Both the position numbers and the translations under genes were made by a program. Shown one piece after another: positions 8,221 through 17,256 of a DNA stretch of 32,000 nt. Position 1 is the first letter of the stretch, and the number at the start of each line of letters is the position of its first letter. Origin of the DNA: Nitrosomonas europaea (GTDB lineage: Bacteria > Pseudomonadota > Gammaproteobacteria > Burkholderiales > Nitrosomonadaceae); NCBI RefSeq assembly GCF_900167395.1, contig NZ_FUWK01000028.1, forward strand, positions 7,709 through 39,708, written 5' to 3'. The notes under the pieces were generated by a model. That model searched no databases. It saw nothing but the letters and a program-made list of their open reading frames with translations, and was not told where the DNA came from.

Positions 8221-10466
8221 ACTCTCTCCAAAACCCTGCGTCGAAACGTTTGCGAAAACTTAAAAATAATCAGAACAAACAAGAAAATCCAGAAAACATG
8301 TGCAATCCAGGCGTAGCGGGCAAGAGGCTTGAATTCGAGACGTACTCGGCGAGTTTCTTGAGGCACTAACACGCCCTGAAACACTCCATTGACCTCCACA
8401 GTCTGCGCGGCCTGCCAACCCTGATTGGTTTCTGCAAGTGCCTCCCAGTCGCGATGAAACTTCTGACTCAATAAAAAAACAGATGGTGCGGAGGAATTTA
8501 CCTCAAACTCTAATACATCACCCTGATCCAAAATCTTGACGGGTGTGTTCGTAACCATACCTCGCGGGTCATCGAGCACAAGTTTTGTCGAGCTCATATC
8601 AAGCTGCGGGGGGGTTACTTGCATGCTGTCGCCCATCCGTGAAACCACCCGGTAAAGGTGGATACCCGATTCCTCACTCAAAAACTCCAAATTTTCATGC
8701 GCCAGCTTGCCCGACGAGAGGATCAGGCTGATATTGCTCATCCAAAACATTGTGCCGGCATAGTCTGGGTCGATGGCTCCATTCCAGCGACCATATGTCT
8801 GCACTTCCCCACCAAGCGCCTTGATCAAGGTGTGGTATCGGGTGGAAGAGAGGCTGTTATAGCTATGCACAGAAGACAGATCGAGTGTGGCGTTAAGGTT
8901 CGGCGGCAACACTGAAATCCCTGGGGCTGCAACAGCATAACGACTGCCAGCCGGCAGATTTTCCCTAACCTTCTCAACCAGAGGCGAGGTCATCGCTATC
9001 TGCGCCGGATCTTGCTTAAGCATCAGCGGATAAGAGGTCATACCCAGAACCAACACAAGAGCCATCATCAAAAATAACGGACGGTATCGATCGTATTGCG
9101 CGATTAGTAGCCCAGTCACCAGCAGCATTCCGATGACAATCTCCCAATGAATCGAAATATGCTGCGAAACACCGTATGCAACACCAATCGCAATCACTAC
9201 CAGCGCAACTGCCGCTCCAGCAAATACGGCGCTCGAAAATTGACGGTGATGCGTGCGCCTGGCAAGAGCATCAATACCGAACGCAGTGATAATGGTAAGA
9301 GGAAGTGTGATACTCCCCAGTGGCGTGCTTCGCGAAAGATTGAACCCAAAGTATTTAACACCCAACACATAGAGTGGATGTACGAAGGCAAGCAGGCAAA
9401 ATATAAGAATCGCCAGCCACCACCCCCAGGTTTCCTTGAATGAAGTGACTAACGCCACGACTCCAAAGAAAATAGCGATCAACGTTACGCTCAAACCGTC
9501 GTAAGAAAATGGGAAAGATGGCGCGATCGGATTGCCAAAAATTTCAGGGATTGTACTCAGTACAAAAAAGCGAACCAGCTCAGTAAAGCTGGCGAACTTT
9601 GGAAGCACCATCGTGAAAAACGAGGGATCGGGTGCAACTCGTGCAGACTCGGACGAGAGAATGAACAGATCTCGATAAACAGGAAAAGCGAGCGCGGCTC
9701 CAACAACCAGAGCAGATAAAGCAAGAGTAAGGAATTTGGCAAGTTCAAGTCGGCTGACGCGTGCCTGATGGTATGCCAACCAGAGACCATAGCCACCCAG
9801 CAGGTAGGCATGAAAGACAACCGGCTGCGGGTACGCAGTCATCAGTAGACTGTAACCGCTGAAAGCCAACACGCCCCAGCCCAAAATATCCGGGCGTTTC
9901 GCCAAACGAGTAACAGCCCACAATGCCCCCGCTGCCCAGCACCACACGGCCGGGAACATGGGAAAGGTCAGCCAGTACATGAACAACGGAGATGTCGCCA
10001 ATCCTAGTCCTGCAATCAAGCCAGCTATAGGACTTAAGCCAACTTCCCTGGTAAACAACAAGACAAATAAACCGGCAAGGAAACAGAAACCTAATGACAA
10101 CGTGGTGATGAAGCGCCAAGGGCCATCAACCAATCTGGTAATCACCCAAGACGGCAGATAGGCTGAACTAAAGCCTGAAATTTGATAGAGCGGCCGCCCA
10201 AGCTCTGTATTATTTGACCAGAGAGGTAACCAACCAGATCGGGCCATCGTTAGATGCTCTGTTATTTCTGGGATATACGCATTTGTGAAGTCACTAAACT
10301 TTCTGTTCTCAATGAGGGAGCTATCTAAGTTTACAAGCTCAACGTGACCAACCTCTATCTCCTGCCGGTGTGGTGCTACAACGTAAGAAAAAAAACCCGA
10401 AAACAGTACAGCAGCTACTGCAATGTAATAGATCAACACATGCTTGTAGGAGGAAAATGGAAGCAT
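8217..10466 (-). CDS. Large polytopic membrane protein with a roughly 270-aa C-terminal extracytoplasmic domain. By architecture it is a GT-C-type (YfhO/ArnT-like) glycosyltransferase candidate.
   Basis: A dozen or more hydrophobic helices span the first ~490 aa, followed by a soluble tail. It sits in an operon with GtrA-like and GtrB/ArnC-like genes. I chose the ATG at 10466 (MLPFSSYKH...) because the track start (10514) overlaps the upstream methyltransferase by 41 nt. No family-level motif could be verified by eye. Confidence 0.55.
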   Translation of the reverse strand: MLPFSSYKHVLIYYIAVAAVLFSGFFSYVVAPHRQEIEVGHVELVNLDSSLIENRKFSDFTNAYIPEITEHLTMARSGWLPLWSNNTELGRPLYQISGFSSAYLPSWVITRLVDGPWRFITTLSLGFCFLAGLFVLLFTREVGLSPIAGLIAGLGLATSPLFMYWLTFPMFPAVWCWAAGALWAVTRLAKRPDILGWGVLAFSGYSLLMTAYPQPVVFHAYLLGGYGLWLAYHQARVSRLELAKFLTLALSALVVGAALAFPVYRDLFILSSESARVAPDPSFFTMVLPKFASFTELVRFFVLSTIPEIFGNPIAPSFPFSYDGLSVTLIAIFFGVVALVTSFKETWGWWLAILIFCLLAFVHPLYVLGVKYFGFNLSRSTPLGSITLPLTIITAFGIDALARRTHHRQFSSAVFAGAAVALVVIAIGVAYGVSQHISIHWEIVIGMLLVTGLLIAQYDRYRPLFLMMALVLVLGMTSYPLMLKQDPAQIAMTSPLVEKVRENLPAGSRYAVAAPGISVLPPNLNATLDLSSVHSYNSLSSTRYHTLIKALGGEVQTYGRWNGAIDPDYAGTMFWMSNISLILSSGKLAHENLEFLSEESGIHLYRVVSRMGDSMQVTPPQLDMSSTKLVLDDPRGMVTNTPVKILDQGDVLEFEVNSSAPSVFLLSQKFHRDWEALAETNQGWQAAQTVEVNGVFQGVLVPQETRRVRLEFKPLARYAWIAHVFWIFLFVLIIFKFSQTFRRRVLERV

Positions 10467-10473
10467 GTGAATG

Positions 10474-11349
10474 CTAAGCCGATTGTTTTTTTGCCACAAC
10501 CAGCCTGGATCCACCGACGGGATAATTCATCCCAAGCCTAATCCCTGCAAGCTCTAACATCATTAAACCGTAAAAAACCTTATTCAAAGCTGCGTTGATT
10601 TTAAGTTCGCCGGCAGGATCGAAATCTTTTGTTTTTCGCTTCTGCAAGACTCGTGAAAGCATCATTACTGGCAAAAGGCTCGTTACAAAAGAACTGCTCC
10701 TTAAAAGCTCAAAACCGGCGGTCAAAACCTTCTGCTCGATCTCGACACGCGTGTATCGGCGCACATGGCAGGCATAGTCGTCAGAAGCGCTCCACAACCG
10801 GGGATGCTGAGGAACGGTTAGCAGCAAAACACCACTAGGCTTAATGGCGTTATGAAGTTGAGCCAGGACAGTTTCATCTTCTTCGATGTGTTCCAGCACA
10901 TCAAAGGCGCCAATGGCATCAAACTCTTCCACAAAAGGCACCCGACGAGCATCCATCTGCATGAAATGTGTGGAGGGAACGCGTTTAGCCGCATGAAATA
11001 AGCCAGCCAAAAAAATCTCACTGCCATTTAATGCTATTTCAGGGCAGGCACGAGCGATACCCGACAGAACAAAGCCAGTACCACAACCCACCTCCAAAAA
11101 TGCGCCAGCGTTTGGCTTGTAGGTGCGCAGCGCCCAGAGAATAAGCTCGTTACGCGCCCGAAACCAGAAATTACCCGCCTCTAATCTGGATAGCTCTGAG
11201 AAGTATTCAGGCTTAAAACCTCCGCCACCATGTGCAAACTCAGAGGCATGAGCCTCTATTCCGTTCAAGCGTTCTGGCTGATAACCGCATGAAGGACAGG
11301 CCCAATCGGCAGAAGAGAAGAAATTTTCGCACTGAAGACAAACTTTCAT
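10474..11349 (-). CDS. Class I SAM-dependent methyltransferase with N-terminal zinc ribbon
   Basis: CxxC...CPxC at the N-terminus (MKVCLQCENFFSSADWACPSCGY). SAM motif I (FLEVGCGTGFVL) and post-I/II motifs (FDAIGAFDVLEHI). Confidence 0.85.
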   Translation of the reverse strand: MKVCLQCENFFSSADWACPSCGYQPERLNGIEAHASEFAHGGGGFKPEYFSELSRLEAGNFWFRARNELILWALRTYKPNAGAFLEVGCGTGFVLSGIARACPEIALNGSEIFLAGLFHAAKRVPSTHFMQMDARRVPFVEEFDAIGAFDVLEHIEEDETVLAQLHNAIKPSGVLLLTVPQHPRLWSASDDYACHVRRYTRVEIEQKVLTAGFELLRSSSFVTSLLPVMMLSRVLQKRKTKDFDPAGELKINAALNKVFYGLMMLELAGIRLGMNYPVGGSRLVVAKKQSA

Positions 11350-11780
11350 GAGGGAACTCCTTCGGATTCTGCCGCACTCTGCGCAAATACAAAAAACCGC
11401 GACATAACAAACAGAAAGATGGCCACCACGATGATTGCTATCGCCTGTACGATTTGATGCGGAAAACCTAACCAGTCCACAAACAACAGCAGCAAAACTA
11501 AATTCAGCAGATAGCCTGCAACTTGCGCCAGCAGGTAACGGACACCGGTAACGCCAATATGTCCGTCATGTCGAAAAGTATAACGTCGATTGGCGAAAAA
11601 CCCAATTGATGCCCCTACGAAGTACAGAGCCGTCATCGTTATCTTGGGAGCGTCCCATAAATAGGTCAGGAGGAGGTAAAAGGCATAACCTAAAACATTT
11701 GTCAGAATGCCAATCAATGCATAGCTAAACAATTGCCGAAATGTTTTTCGAATGGACAAGATTCCAGAATCAGCATTCAT
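11346..11780 (-). CDS. GtrA-family small membrane protein (putative polyprenyl-phosphate-sugar translocase)
   Basis: 144 aa with four hydrophobic helices. The N-terminal FRQLFSYALIGILTNVLGYAFYLLL pattern and a central NRRYTF loop are typical of GtrA-like proteins. ATGA-type 4-nt overlaps on both sides. Confidence 0.8.
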   Translation of the reverse strand: MNADSGILSIRKTFRQLFSYALIGILTNVLGYAFYLLLTYLWDAPKITMTALYFVGASIGFFANRRYTFRHDGHIGVTGVRYLLAQVAGYLLNLVLLLLFVDWLGFPHQIVQAIAIIVVAIFLFVMSRFFVFAQSAAESEGVPS

Positions 11781-12562
11781 TTTTCTTCTCTAAGATTTAA
11801 GCTGATATATATTTTTTGTCCTGATTCGTCATCTATAACGTATGCATTTTTTGAGTCTTCAAAAAATGCCAGTCCGCGAAGAAGATTAAAAAATTCTACC
11901 CCCTGATAACTCTTGTTAAGATCTATCAGGCAGGTTTTTTCAAACTTTTCCCTGGAATAATAGTCGCCCCTTGCCCCCTTCTTTTTTTGCGTATCCCTAA
12001 GACGGCTACCCAAGTCATAGGTCAGAAGTCGCTCTATTAATTCGTCAAAATGATGGCAAACTATATCATCGAGCCTTGACTGCAATGTTCTAGCCGTGTC
12101 GCTTAGATGTACAGGAACTTCAACTTGCATGAAAATTTCACCATCATCAATTTCTTCGTTGACGAAGTGGTAGGTGAACCCTGTTCTACGCTCTCCATTG
12201 ATGATGGCCCAGTTCACGGGATAAACACCACGATATGACGGGAGTAGGCTGTAATGGAGATTTAACACGCCCTGCTTTGGAAGGCTAATTAAATCAATGG
12301 GAATGATATGCTTCCAGCTCAAAAGCAAAAACCAATCAGCCTGCCGAATCAAACGATCAACCGAGAAAGGCGCCTCATACACAAGCAGAGGGATATTTGC
12401 CTTCATACATATCTCGCGTACACCAGGCCACCATGCTTTTCCATTTTCGCGAGTCGTGACAACAACTGGAATTTCAAAGCGACTGGCATCAGAGTGCGTA
12501 ACAAGCTTTTGAAGAAGCCTATAGCCTATCTCATGATCGACGAAAGGGACTATGCGTTGCAT
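11777..12562 (-). CDS. Sugar N-formyltransferase (Fmt/ArnA-N-terminal-domain family)
   Basis: Formyltransferase core LNLHYSLLPSYRGVYPVNWAIINGERRTGFTYHFVNEEIDDGEI matches the H-x-SLLP-x-x-RG motif and the catalytic Asp region. Size and context match nucleotide-amino-sugar formyltransferases (WbtJ/WbkC/VioF/ArnA-N type). Confidence 0.8.
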   Translation of the reverse strand: MQRIVPFVDHEIGYRLLQKLVTHSDASRFEIPVVVTTRENGKAWWPGVREICMKANIPLLVYEAPFSVDRLIRQADWFLLLSWKHIIPIDLISLPKQGVLNLHYSLLPSYRGVYPVNWAIINGERRTGFTYHFVNEEIDDGEIFMQVEVPVHLSDTARTLQSRLDDIVCHHFDELIERLLTYDLGSRLRDTQKKKGARGDYYSREKFEKTCLIDLNKSYQGVEFFNLLRGLAFFEDSKNAYVIDDESGQKIYISLNLREEK

Positions 12563-12565
12563 CGT

Positions 12566-13204
12566 TCACGCCTTCCTTATCAGAATTGTGAACTCATAAA
12601 GCCCATAGTCATGAAGTAACGCGACTTGGCGGGAATAGCGGCGCTTGCATAAATCAAACAATCGACACGGGTCAGCATAATAGAGATAGTCGCGCTTTTT
12701 GTCCTCGTCGGAGTAAGAAGTCAGGCAGTTGAAAGCGAATCCAAGACTGCTGGTTCGGTTCAGTACGTCCAATGTACCCAGCAGATAGTCAAACCACTCA
12801 GCATCCGTTCGCTCCAGACGCACATTGAAAATGCCGCTGGCGACACCATAGTCCGCCACTTGGTCTGGTTCAGTTGAGGTGATAAAGCGAGCTTGATTGG
12901 CGGCAGTGTGTCGCTGCCTGGCAGCTTTGATCATTTCGTGGGAAACATCCACCCCGAGGTATATACAGGCTGCATACTTGTCTCGCAGATAGTCCAGCAA
13001 TGCGCCATAGCCACAACCCAGGTCGTTCAAGGAAAAACCAGGCATCTTCTTCGGGTCAATCACTTTACAGAGCTGCTCAAATCGAATCGTTTGGCTTTCT
13101 TCACCATTCCAGTCGACCCCGCGAGGCGTATCACCATGTTCCGCAAGTTTTTCAGCGTAATACGTTGCAACTTCGTCGAGCAGCTTAGTCTTGTTGTTTT
13201 GCAT
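12566..13204 (-). CDS. Class I SAM-dependent methyltransferase
   Basis: Motif I LNDLGCGYGALLDYL, followed by LGVDVSHEMIKAA. 212 aa. Overlaps the upstream GT2 gene by 20 nt. Confidence 0.8.
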   Translation of the reverse strand: MQNNKTKLLDEVATYYAEKLAEHGDTPRGVDWNGEESQTIRFEQLCKVIDPKKMPGFSLNDLGCGYGALLDYLRDKYAACIYLGVDVSHEMIKAARQRHTAANQARFITSTEPDQVADYGVASGIFNVRLERTDAEWFDYLLGTLDVLNRTSSLGFAFNCLTSYSDEDKKRDYLYYADPCRLFDLCKRRYSRQVALLHDYGLYEFTILIRKA

Positions 13205-14114
13205 AAATCTGCCTCACGATGGTATAGGGGCGCTGCTTGGTTTCCGAGAATATCTTGGATAAGTAGATGCCCACCACACCAATGAAAGAGATAATCATCC
13301 CACCAAGAAGCCAAATAGAAGCCATTACGGATGTCCATCCGGCTAAAGGTTTTGCCAAGAAAAGCCAGTGAGTAACCAGATAAGCGATATAAGCCAAAGC
13401 AAACAACGAGATCGATATACCGATATAAAAAATGCTGACCAGTGGGGTGTTACTGAATGATGTCACCGAGTTGACCAGCAAGGACATTTTTCTGCGGAAG
13501 GTGTATGTGGTCTCGCTAGTATTGTGCTTTTTGATGACATAAGGGCGCTGGTCAAACCCGGTGATGTACCACAAGCCCGCCATAAAAACTTCCCGCTCTT
13601 CATGGCGCAGCAAAGCATTAACGTACCGACGAGTCATCAGGCGCGCGGTGACAACATTTTCCGGCAATGCAAGACCCGTCAGTGCTTTGAAAAAGCGATA
13701 GAACCACTGTCCACTCCAGCGCTCAAACCAGCTCCCTTTTCTGCGTTCCTGAATTCCGTACACCACATCACAACTCTCCTGCTCCATCTGCTGCACGAAT
13801 GTCTCTAGCCATTCAGGCTCCTCCTCCAGGTCGCTATCAATCAAAAAAACTCGCTCCCCCTTTGCGTGCGCCAAGCCAGTCATCATCGCCTTGTGGTGTC
13901 CAAAATTACGCGACAAATCAACAACAACAACGTGCGAATCCTGCTCCGTGAGTTTGACGGCCAGATCCAAGCTGTTGTCTGGTGATCCGTCGTTTACAAG
14001 AACTATTTCGTAATCGTCCCCAACCAGCCGCCTTGCCGTGGCACTCGCACGCTCGTGAAATTCATTGATGTAGGGCGCAGACTGATAAAGAGTTGCGACG
14101 ATCGAGAGCTTCAT
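13185..14114 (-). CDS. Family 2 glycosyltransferase with two C-terminal TM helices (ArnC/GtrB/CsbB-like polyprenyl-phosphate glycosyltransferase)
   Basis: GT-A signature MKLSIVATLYQSAPYI...EIVLVNDGSPDNS...LSRNFGHHKAMMTGLAHAKGERVFLIDSDLEE (DxD-type). Two C-terminal membrane helices (LVSIFYIGISISLFALAYIAYLV; VMASIWLLGGMIISFIGVVGIYL). This is the architecture of Und-P sugar synthases. Confidence 0.85.
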   Translation of the reverse strand: MKLSIVATLYQSAPYINEFHERASATARRLVGDDYEIVLVNDGSPDNSLDLAVKLTEQDSHVVVVDLSRNFGHHKAMMTGLAHAKGERVFLIDSDLEEEPEWLETFVQQMEQESCDVVYGIQERRKGSWFERWSGQWFYRFFKALTGLALPENVVTARLMTRRYVNALLRHEEREVFMAGLWYITGFDQRPYVIKKHNTSETTYTFRRKMSLLVNSVTSFSNTPLVSIFYIGISISLFALAYIAYLVTHWLFLAKPLAGWTSVMASIWLLGGMIISFIGVVGIYLSKIFSETKQRPYTIVRQIYAKQQD

Positions 14115-14236
14115 TTGAACAGTTGATCAAGGTTGAATGGGATATGTACTGCCAACAACCACCAAAAGGTGTGCTCAATCAACACAATCCCTTACGATTG
14201 GTTAGTTCGCCAGTAACCAGGCTGTGCAAGATCTTG

Positions 14237-14569
14237 TCATGGGTCAGTTTGCGCGTTGCAAGTGAGCGCACTTGCAGCAATGATGGCATCTGGCAGCTTT
14301 ACGCGGTGGCTACGACGCAAACCAATAACCATATCTTCAATCTCTTTGGTCAGGGGCAGATACTGGAGGCAGGCCAGTTTTCCACTAATCAGAATTTCTT
14401 CTTCCGCAGTCAATCCCGGAAAGCCCAGTAACTCCATACGAGTGATTGCGCTATAGCCGCAACGCCGGGTATCAATCTGCTGATTACTGATCATGGACAA
14501 TGTTTCAGGATTGGATTTCAATAGCCCAAGAATAAAGTTGGTATCAAGCAGCCAGTCAATCCCATTCAC
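14237..14569 (-). CDS. vapC: PIN-domain toxin (VapC family), possibly C-terminally truncated
   Basis: WLLDTNFILGLL (first acidic PIN residue), TRMELLGF and LPDAIIAASAL motifs. GTG start at 14569 with AGGAGG 9 nt upstream; it overlaps the antitoxin stop by 14 nt. Only 110 aa, see findings. Confidence 0.75.
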   Translation of the reverse strand: MNGIDWLLDTNFILGLLKSNPETLSMISNQQIDTRRCGYSAITRMELLGFPGLTAEEEILISGKLACLQYLPLTKEIEDMVIGLRRSHRVKLPDAIIAASALTCNAQTDP

Positions 14570-14777
14570 GGCGCAGTGCCTCCTGTACTGCCAACGGTTC
14601 CCCGGCAAAGCAGGCTGAATGTTCCAGCCCACCGGCCATATCAATCAGCCGGAAAGGCTCATCTGGTTGCGGAAGCATGTTCTTCTGGTGTAGAAATTCG
14701 GCAAAATCCAGCAACTCTGCCAGAGCAGCAGGTGGTAGCGTACTACTGAGTTTGTAAAGCCGTTCGATTGTTGACAT
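14556..14777 (-). CDS. Type II antitoxin (DUF2281/VapB-like)
   Basis: MSTIERLYKLSSTLPPAALAELLDFAEFLHQK is the DUF2281-type N-terminus. The C-terminal ...FAGEPLAVQEALRREWD is typical of partners of PIN toxins. I prefer the ATG at 14777 because AGAGGA lies 6 nt upstream; the track start at 14795 is TTG. Confidence 0.7.
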   Translation of the reverse strand: MSTIERLYKLSSTLPPAALAELLDFAEFLHQKNMLPQPDEPFRLIDMAGGLEHSACFAGEPLAVQEALRREWD

Positions 14778-14854
14778 TGTCATTCCTCTTTCCAACGTAT
14801 CGTATCGATTATCCGATCAAATTTCCTGCTCGTCATATCGAAATGATCGTGAGA

Positions 14855-15547
14855 TTATTCCACATACTTCATATAACGCTTCGCGTTCTTCCCGCAATTG
14901 AGCAACAAATCAAGAATGGTAACGCCATGTGTGAATTCCCCCCAGAGTTGCTGATATTCCGGATACCCGATGTAATCAAACCAGGTGAGTTTGATGCCAT
15001 TCTCTTTAAAAACCTGCTCATCCACGTAATCTTTTGCCGCCGGGCCTGAGATGTACTCAGTGCCACCAGCCTGCACACAAAGGTCAGCAAGGCGTTCGGT
15101 CTTGCCATCGAGCAGGGTGTAATCCCATGAATTTTTAATTACCGTCTTGATCCCCAGGTAGTTACAGATAGCTTCAATAAATCTCCTGTTCAATTGTGAA
15201 ATATGGGTGAAGGTCTCTGCGAGATAGAGTGGCTCCAGCCATGCAGCAATCTCAGTAAAATGCGGTGAACGACGATAGTTCTGCACCAAGGCTTTCCAAT
15301 GCGCAGCTGCCCAATCAGTACCGTCGATTTCGGTCTCGCGAATCTTTTGATGGTATTTACCCTTCACCAGAACCGGAACCGTGAGCCACTGAACACCTTG
15401 AGGTGTTTTGATCTGATTACGATTTCGCCAATCGCGGCGCGTATATTGCATATCATCGTAGAGGATGAACTCATCTACGGCAGCAATCATATCGAAGTAA
15501 CCCTTCCACGGTATGTAGTTGGATTGCACGATGGCGACTTTTTTCAT
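14855..15547 (-). CDS. WbqC-family protein (polysaccharide-cluster protein of unknown biochemical role)
   Basis: N-terminus [47 protein letters not shown] matches the WbqC-like family pattern (Q-x-x-YLPW-x-GYFD...). The start overlaps the upstream stop (ATGA). Confidence 0.7.
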   Translation of the reverse strand: MKKVAIVQSNYIPWKGYFDMIAAVDEFILYDDMQYTRRDWRNRNQIKTPQGVQWLTVPVLVKGKYHQKIRETEIDGTDWAAAHWKALVQNYRRSPHFTEIAAWLEPLYLAETFTHISQLNRRFIEAICNYLGIKTVIKNSWDYTLLDGKTERLADLCVQAGGTEYISGPAAKDYVDEQVFKENGIKLTWFDYIGYPEYQQLWGEFTHGVTILDLLLNCGKNAKRYMKYVE

Positions 15548-17127
15548 TGTCCTGCGTTTCTCGTTTTATAGATTTGATACGCTGGATTATGTGAATTTGG
15601 CACCAATTCAAAATTGTTCAGGATAAATTGGTAAATTAACGGATGTGTATTTTTAAAACGCAGCTCGTCACGACCATCAAGAGGCAGATCAAAAATAAAC
15701 GCAAAACCAGGGTCAGATGCCTTGATGCGTTCGATCTCTTTTTTCTCGAATGCTCCTGTGCGGGGAAATAATGCATAAATCTCCCACATGGGCGACCTTC
15801 GCTCCAGCAAAGCATAAGCACCAGGCCAAAAGGGTGTGGCAATAAAAGACCGTCCATCTGGAGCGAACTGATCAGTCAATTGATGGAGCAATGCAATGTC
15901 ACTCGCCGTATTTGGATCGACCTGGAGATACTTGCCAGATATATCCACATTGACGCACTGTTTGCTTGCCAGGCATTGCCACCCAGGGTGAAACACATGC
16001 ATCACCCAGAAGCTTGTCATAAATAGACCAGCAGCAAGAACCCACTTTGTTTTGCTGGACGCACTTGACGCTATGGCCAGAATCCCGATCAAAAGTGGGA
16101 ATATACCTTGAGCAAGGTGCCCAACGTCAGCGCGAGAAAACGCGTAATGCGCATAAGGAAGCGCGAGAAATGCTGATGCGACCAACACTGGCGGTAAGGG
16201 CTTTTCCTTCAATCCTCGATAAACGACCCATATAACTGAAAGCCCCCCAAAGATTAGGGTTCCAATAAAGAAAATACCGATCAATACACCCCGCGCAGCA
16301 TCACCGATAGAAGAGGCAGCAAAGTTGATTGTCCACGGCCAGGGCACGGGTAGTGGCAAATTAGTGGCTTTTTGTTCAAACAAAAATCGCACACTTTCCC
16401 AGAATGCAACTGCAAAACCTGGAATCAGGAGCGCCATGAAAATAATAGGGAGAAAGCCGATCGTAACCCCTACACTCCAAAGTACAAACCCTTTCAAAAA
16501 TCCGGTATCAGAACGGTTCCTGATATTGAGCCAAGCGATAACACCAAGGCTACCTACAGCACCGTAAACGCCATGATTACGACCAAAAACAGCAATCAAT
16601 CCGACACAGATGCCAGCAATAAGATAGCGTTTGGGAATGGGGTTTGAAACAAGATAAGTCAGAATTCCGATCAGAAATATAGAGATGGAAATATCGAAAA
16701 GCTTGTGGCGTGGAAACATCCATAACACCAGTATCGCTGCAGAGATTATCCAGAAGAGAATATCAGCTTTATCTCTGCTCTTTGTCGACTGCGCAATCAA
16801 CAACAAACCAACGAATAAGCCGAGGCACTGGAAAACAGCCACTGCTATACGGACACTCATAATACCGTTGTCACCAGCAACACTCAGTAGTGCTGCAACC
16901 CAGTAATAACGACCGGGATCATAGGACATAAAATCACGAATCGGGATTTCACCCAGCAAAACTCGCTGGACGCCGTACCACAGATAGCCTTCATCCCACA
17001 AGTTAAAGCCCTTGTTACCCTGCCAAATAAACAGTAAAAAGATGACAAGGCATGAAATCGTCAGAATCTGGATTAGTCTATATTTATTGTTTTGTATTTC
17101 TGGCTCATCCATATACGCATCCGGCAC
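15544..17127 (-). CDS. Polytopic membrane protein, GT-C-type (ArnT/PMT-like) glycosyltransferase candidate
   Basis: 527 aa with about 12 hydrophobic helices. An acidic DE motif sits in the first predicted external loop ([35 protein letters not shown]), resembling the loop-1 DE/DxD of GT-C enzymes. The C-terminal ~140 aa are soluble. Assignment is by architecture and context only. Confidence 0.5.
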   Translation of the reverse strand: MPDAYMDEPEIQNNKYRLIQILTISCLVIFLLFIWQGNKGFNLWDEGYLWYGVQRVLLGEIPIRDFMSYDPGRYYWVAALLSVAGDNGIMSVRIAVAVFQCLGLFVGLLLIAQSTKSRDKADILFWIISAAILVLWMFPRHKLFDISISIFLIGILTYLVSNPIPKRYLIAGICVGLIAVFGRNHGVYGAVGSLGVIAWLNIRNRSDTGFLKGFVLWSVGVTIGFLPIIFMALLIPGFAVAFWESVRFLFEQKATNLPLPVPWPWTINFAASSIGDAARGVLIGIFFIGTLIFGGLSVIWVVYRGLKEKPLPPVLVASAFLALPYAHYAFSRADVGHLAQGIFPLLIGILAIASSASSKTKWVLAAGLFMTSFWVMHVFHPGWQCLASKQCVNVDISGKYLQVDPNTASDIALLHQLTDQFAPDGRSFIATPFWPGAYALLERRSPMWEIYALFPRTGAFEKKEIERIKASDPGFAFIFDLPLDGRDELRFKNTHPLIYQFILNNFELVPNSHNPAYQIYKTRNAGQ

Positions 17128-17256
17128 TAAAATGCCATTGTAATCTACAGCAAAGAGAGCGTCACCTTCTCACGGATTGTTGCGAATGGCATCAGCACGT
17201 TGCACTGGCCATCCACCAGGGTCCATAGACAAGAACAAGTAATAGCACTGCAAATA

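Noticed and set aside
14093-14431. 112-aa plus-strand ORF overlapping the GT2 start, the intergenic region and vapC
   Set aside because: It is antisense to a PIN-domain ORF with clear motifs. It has no SD and no recognisable domain.
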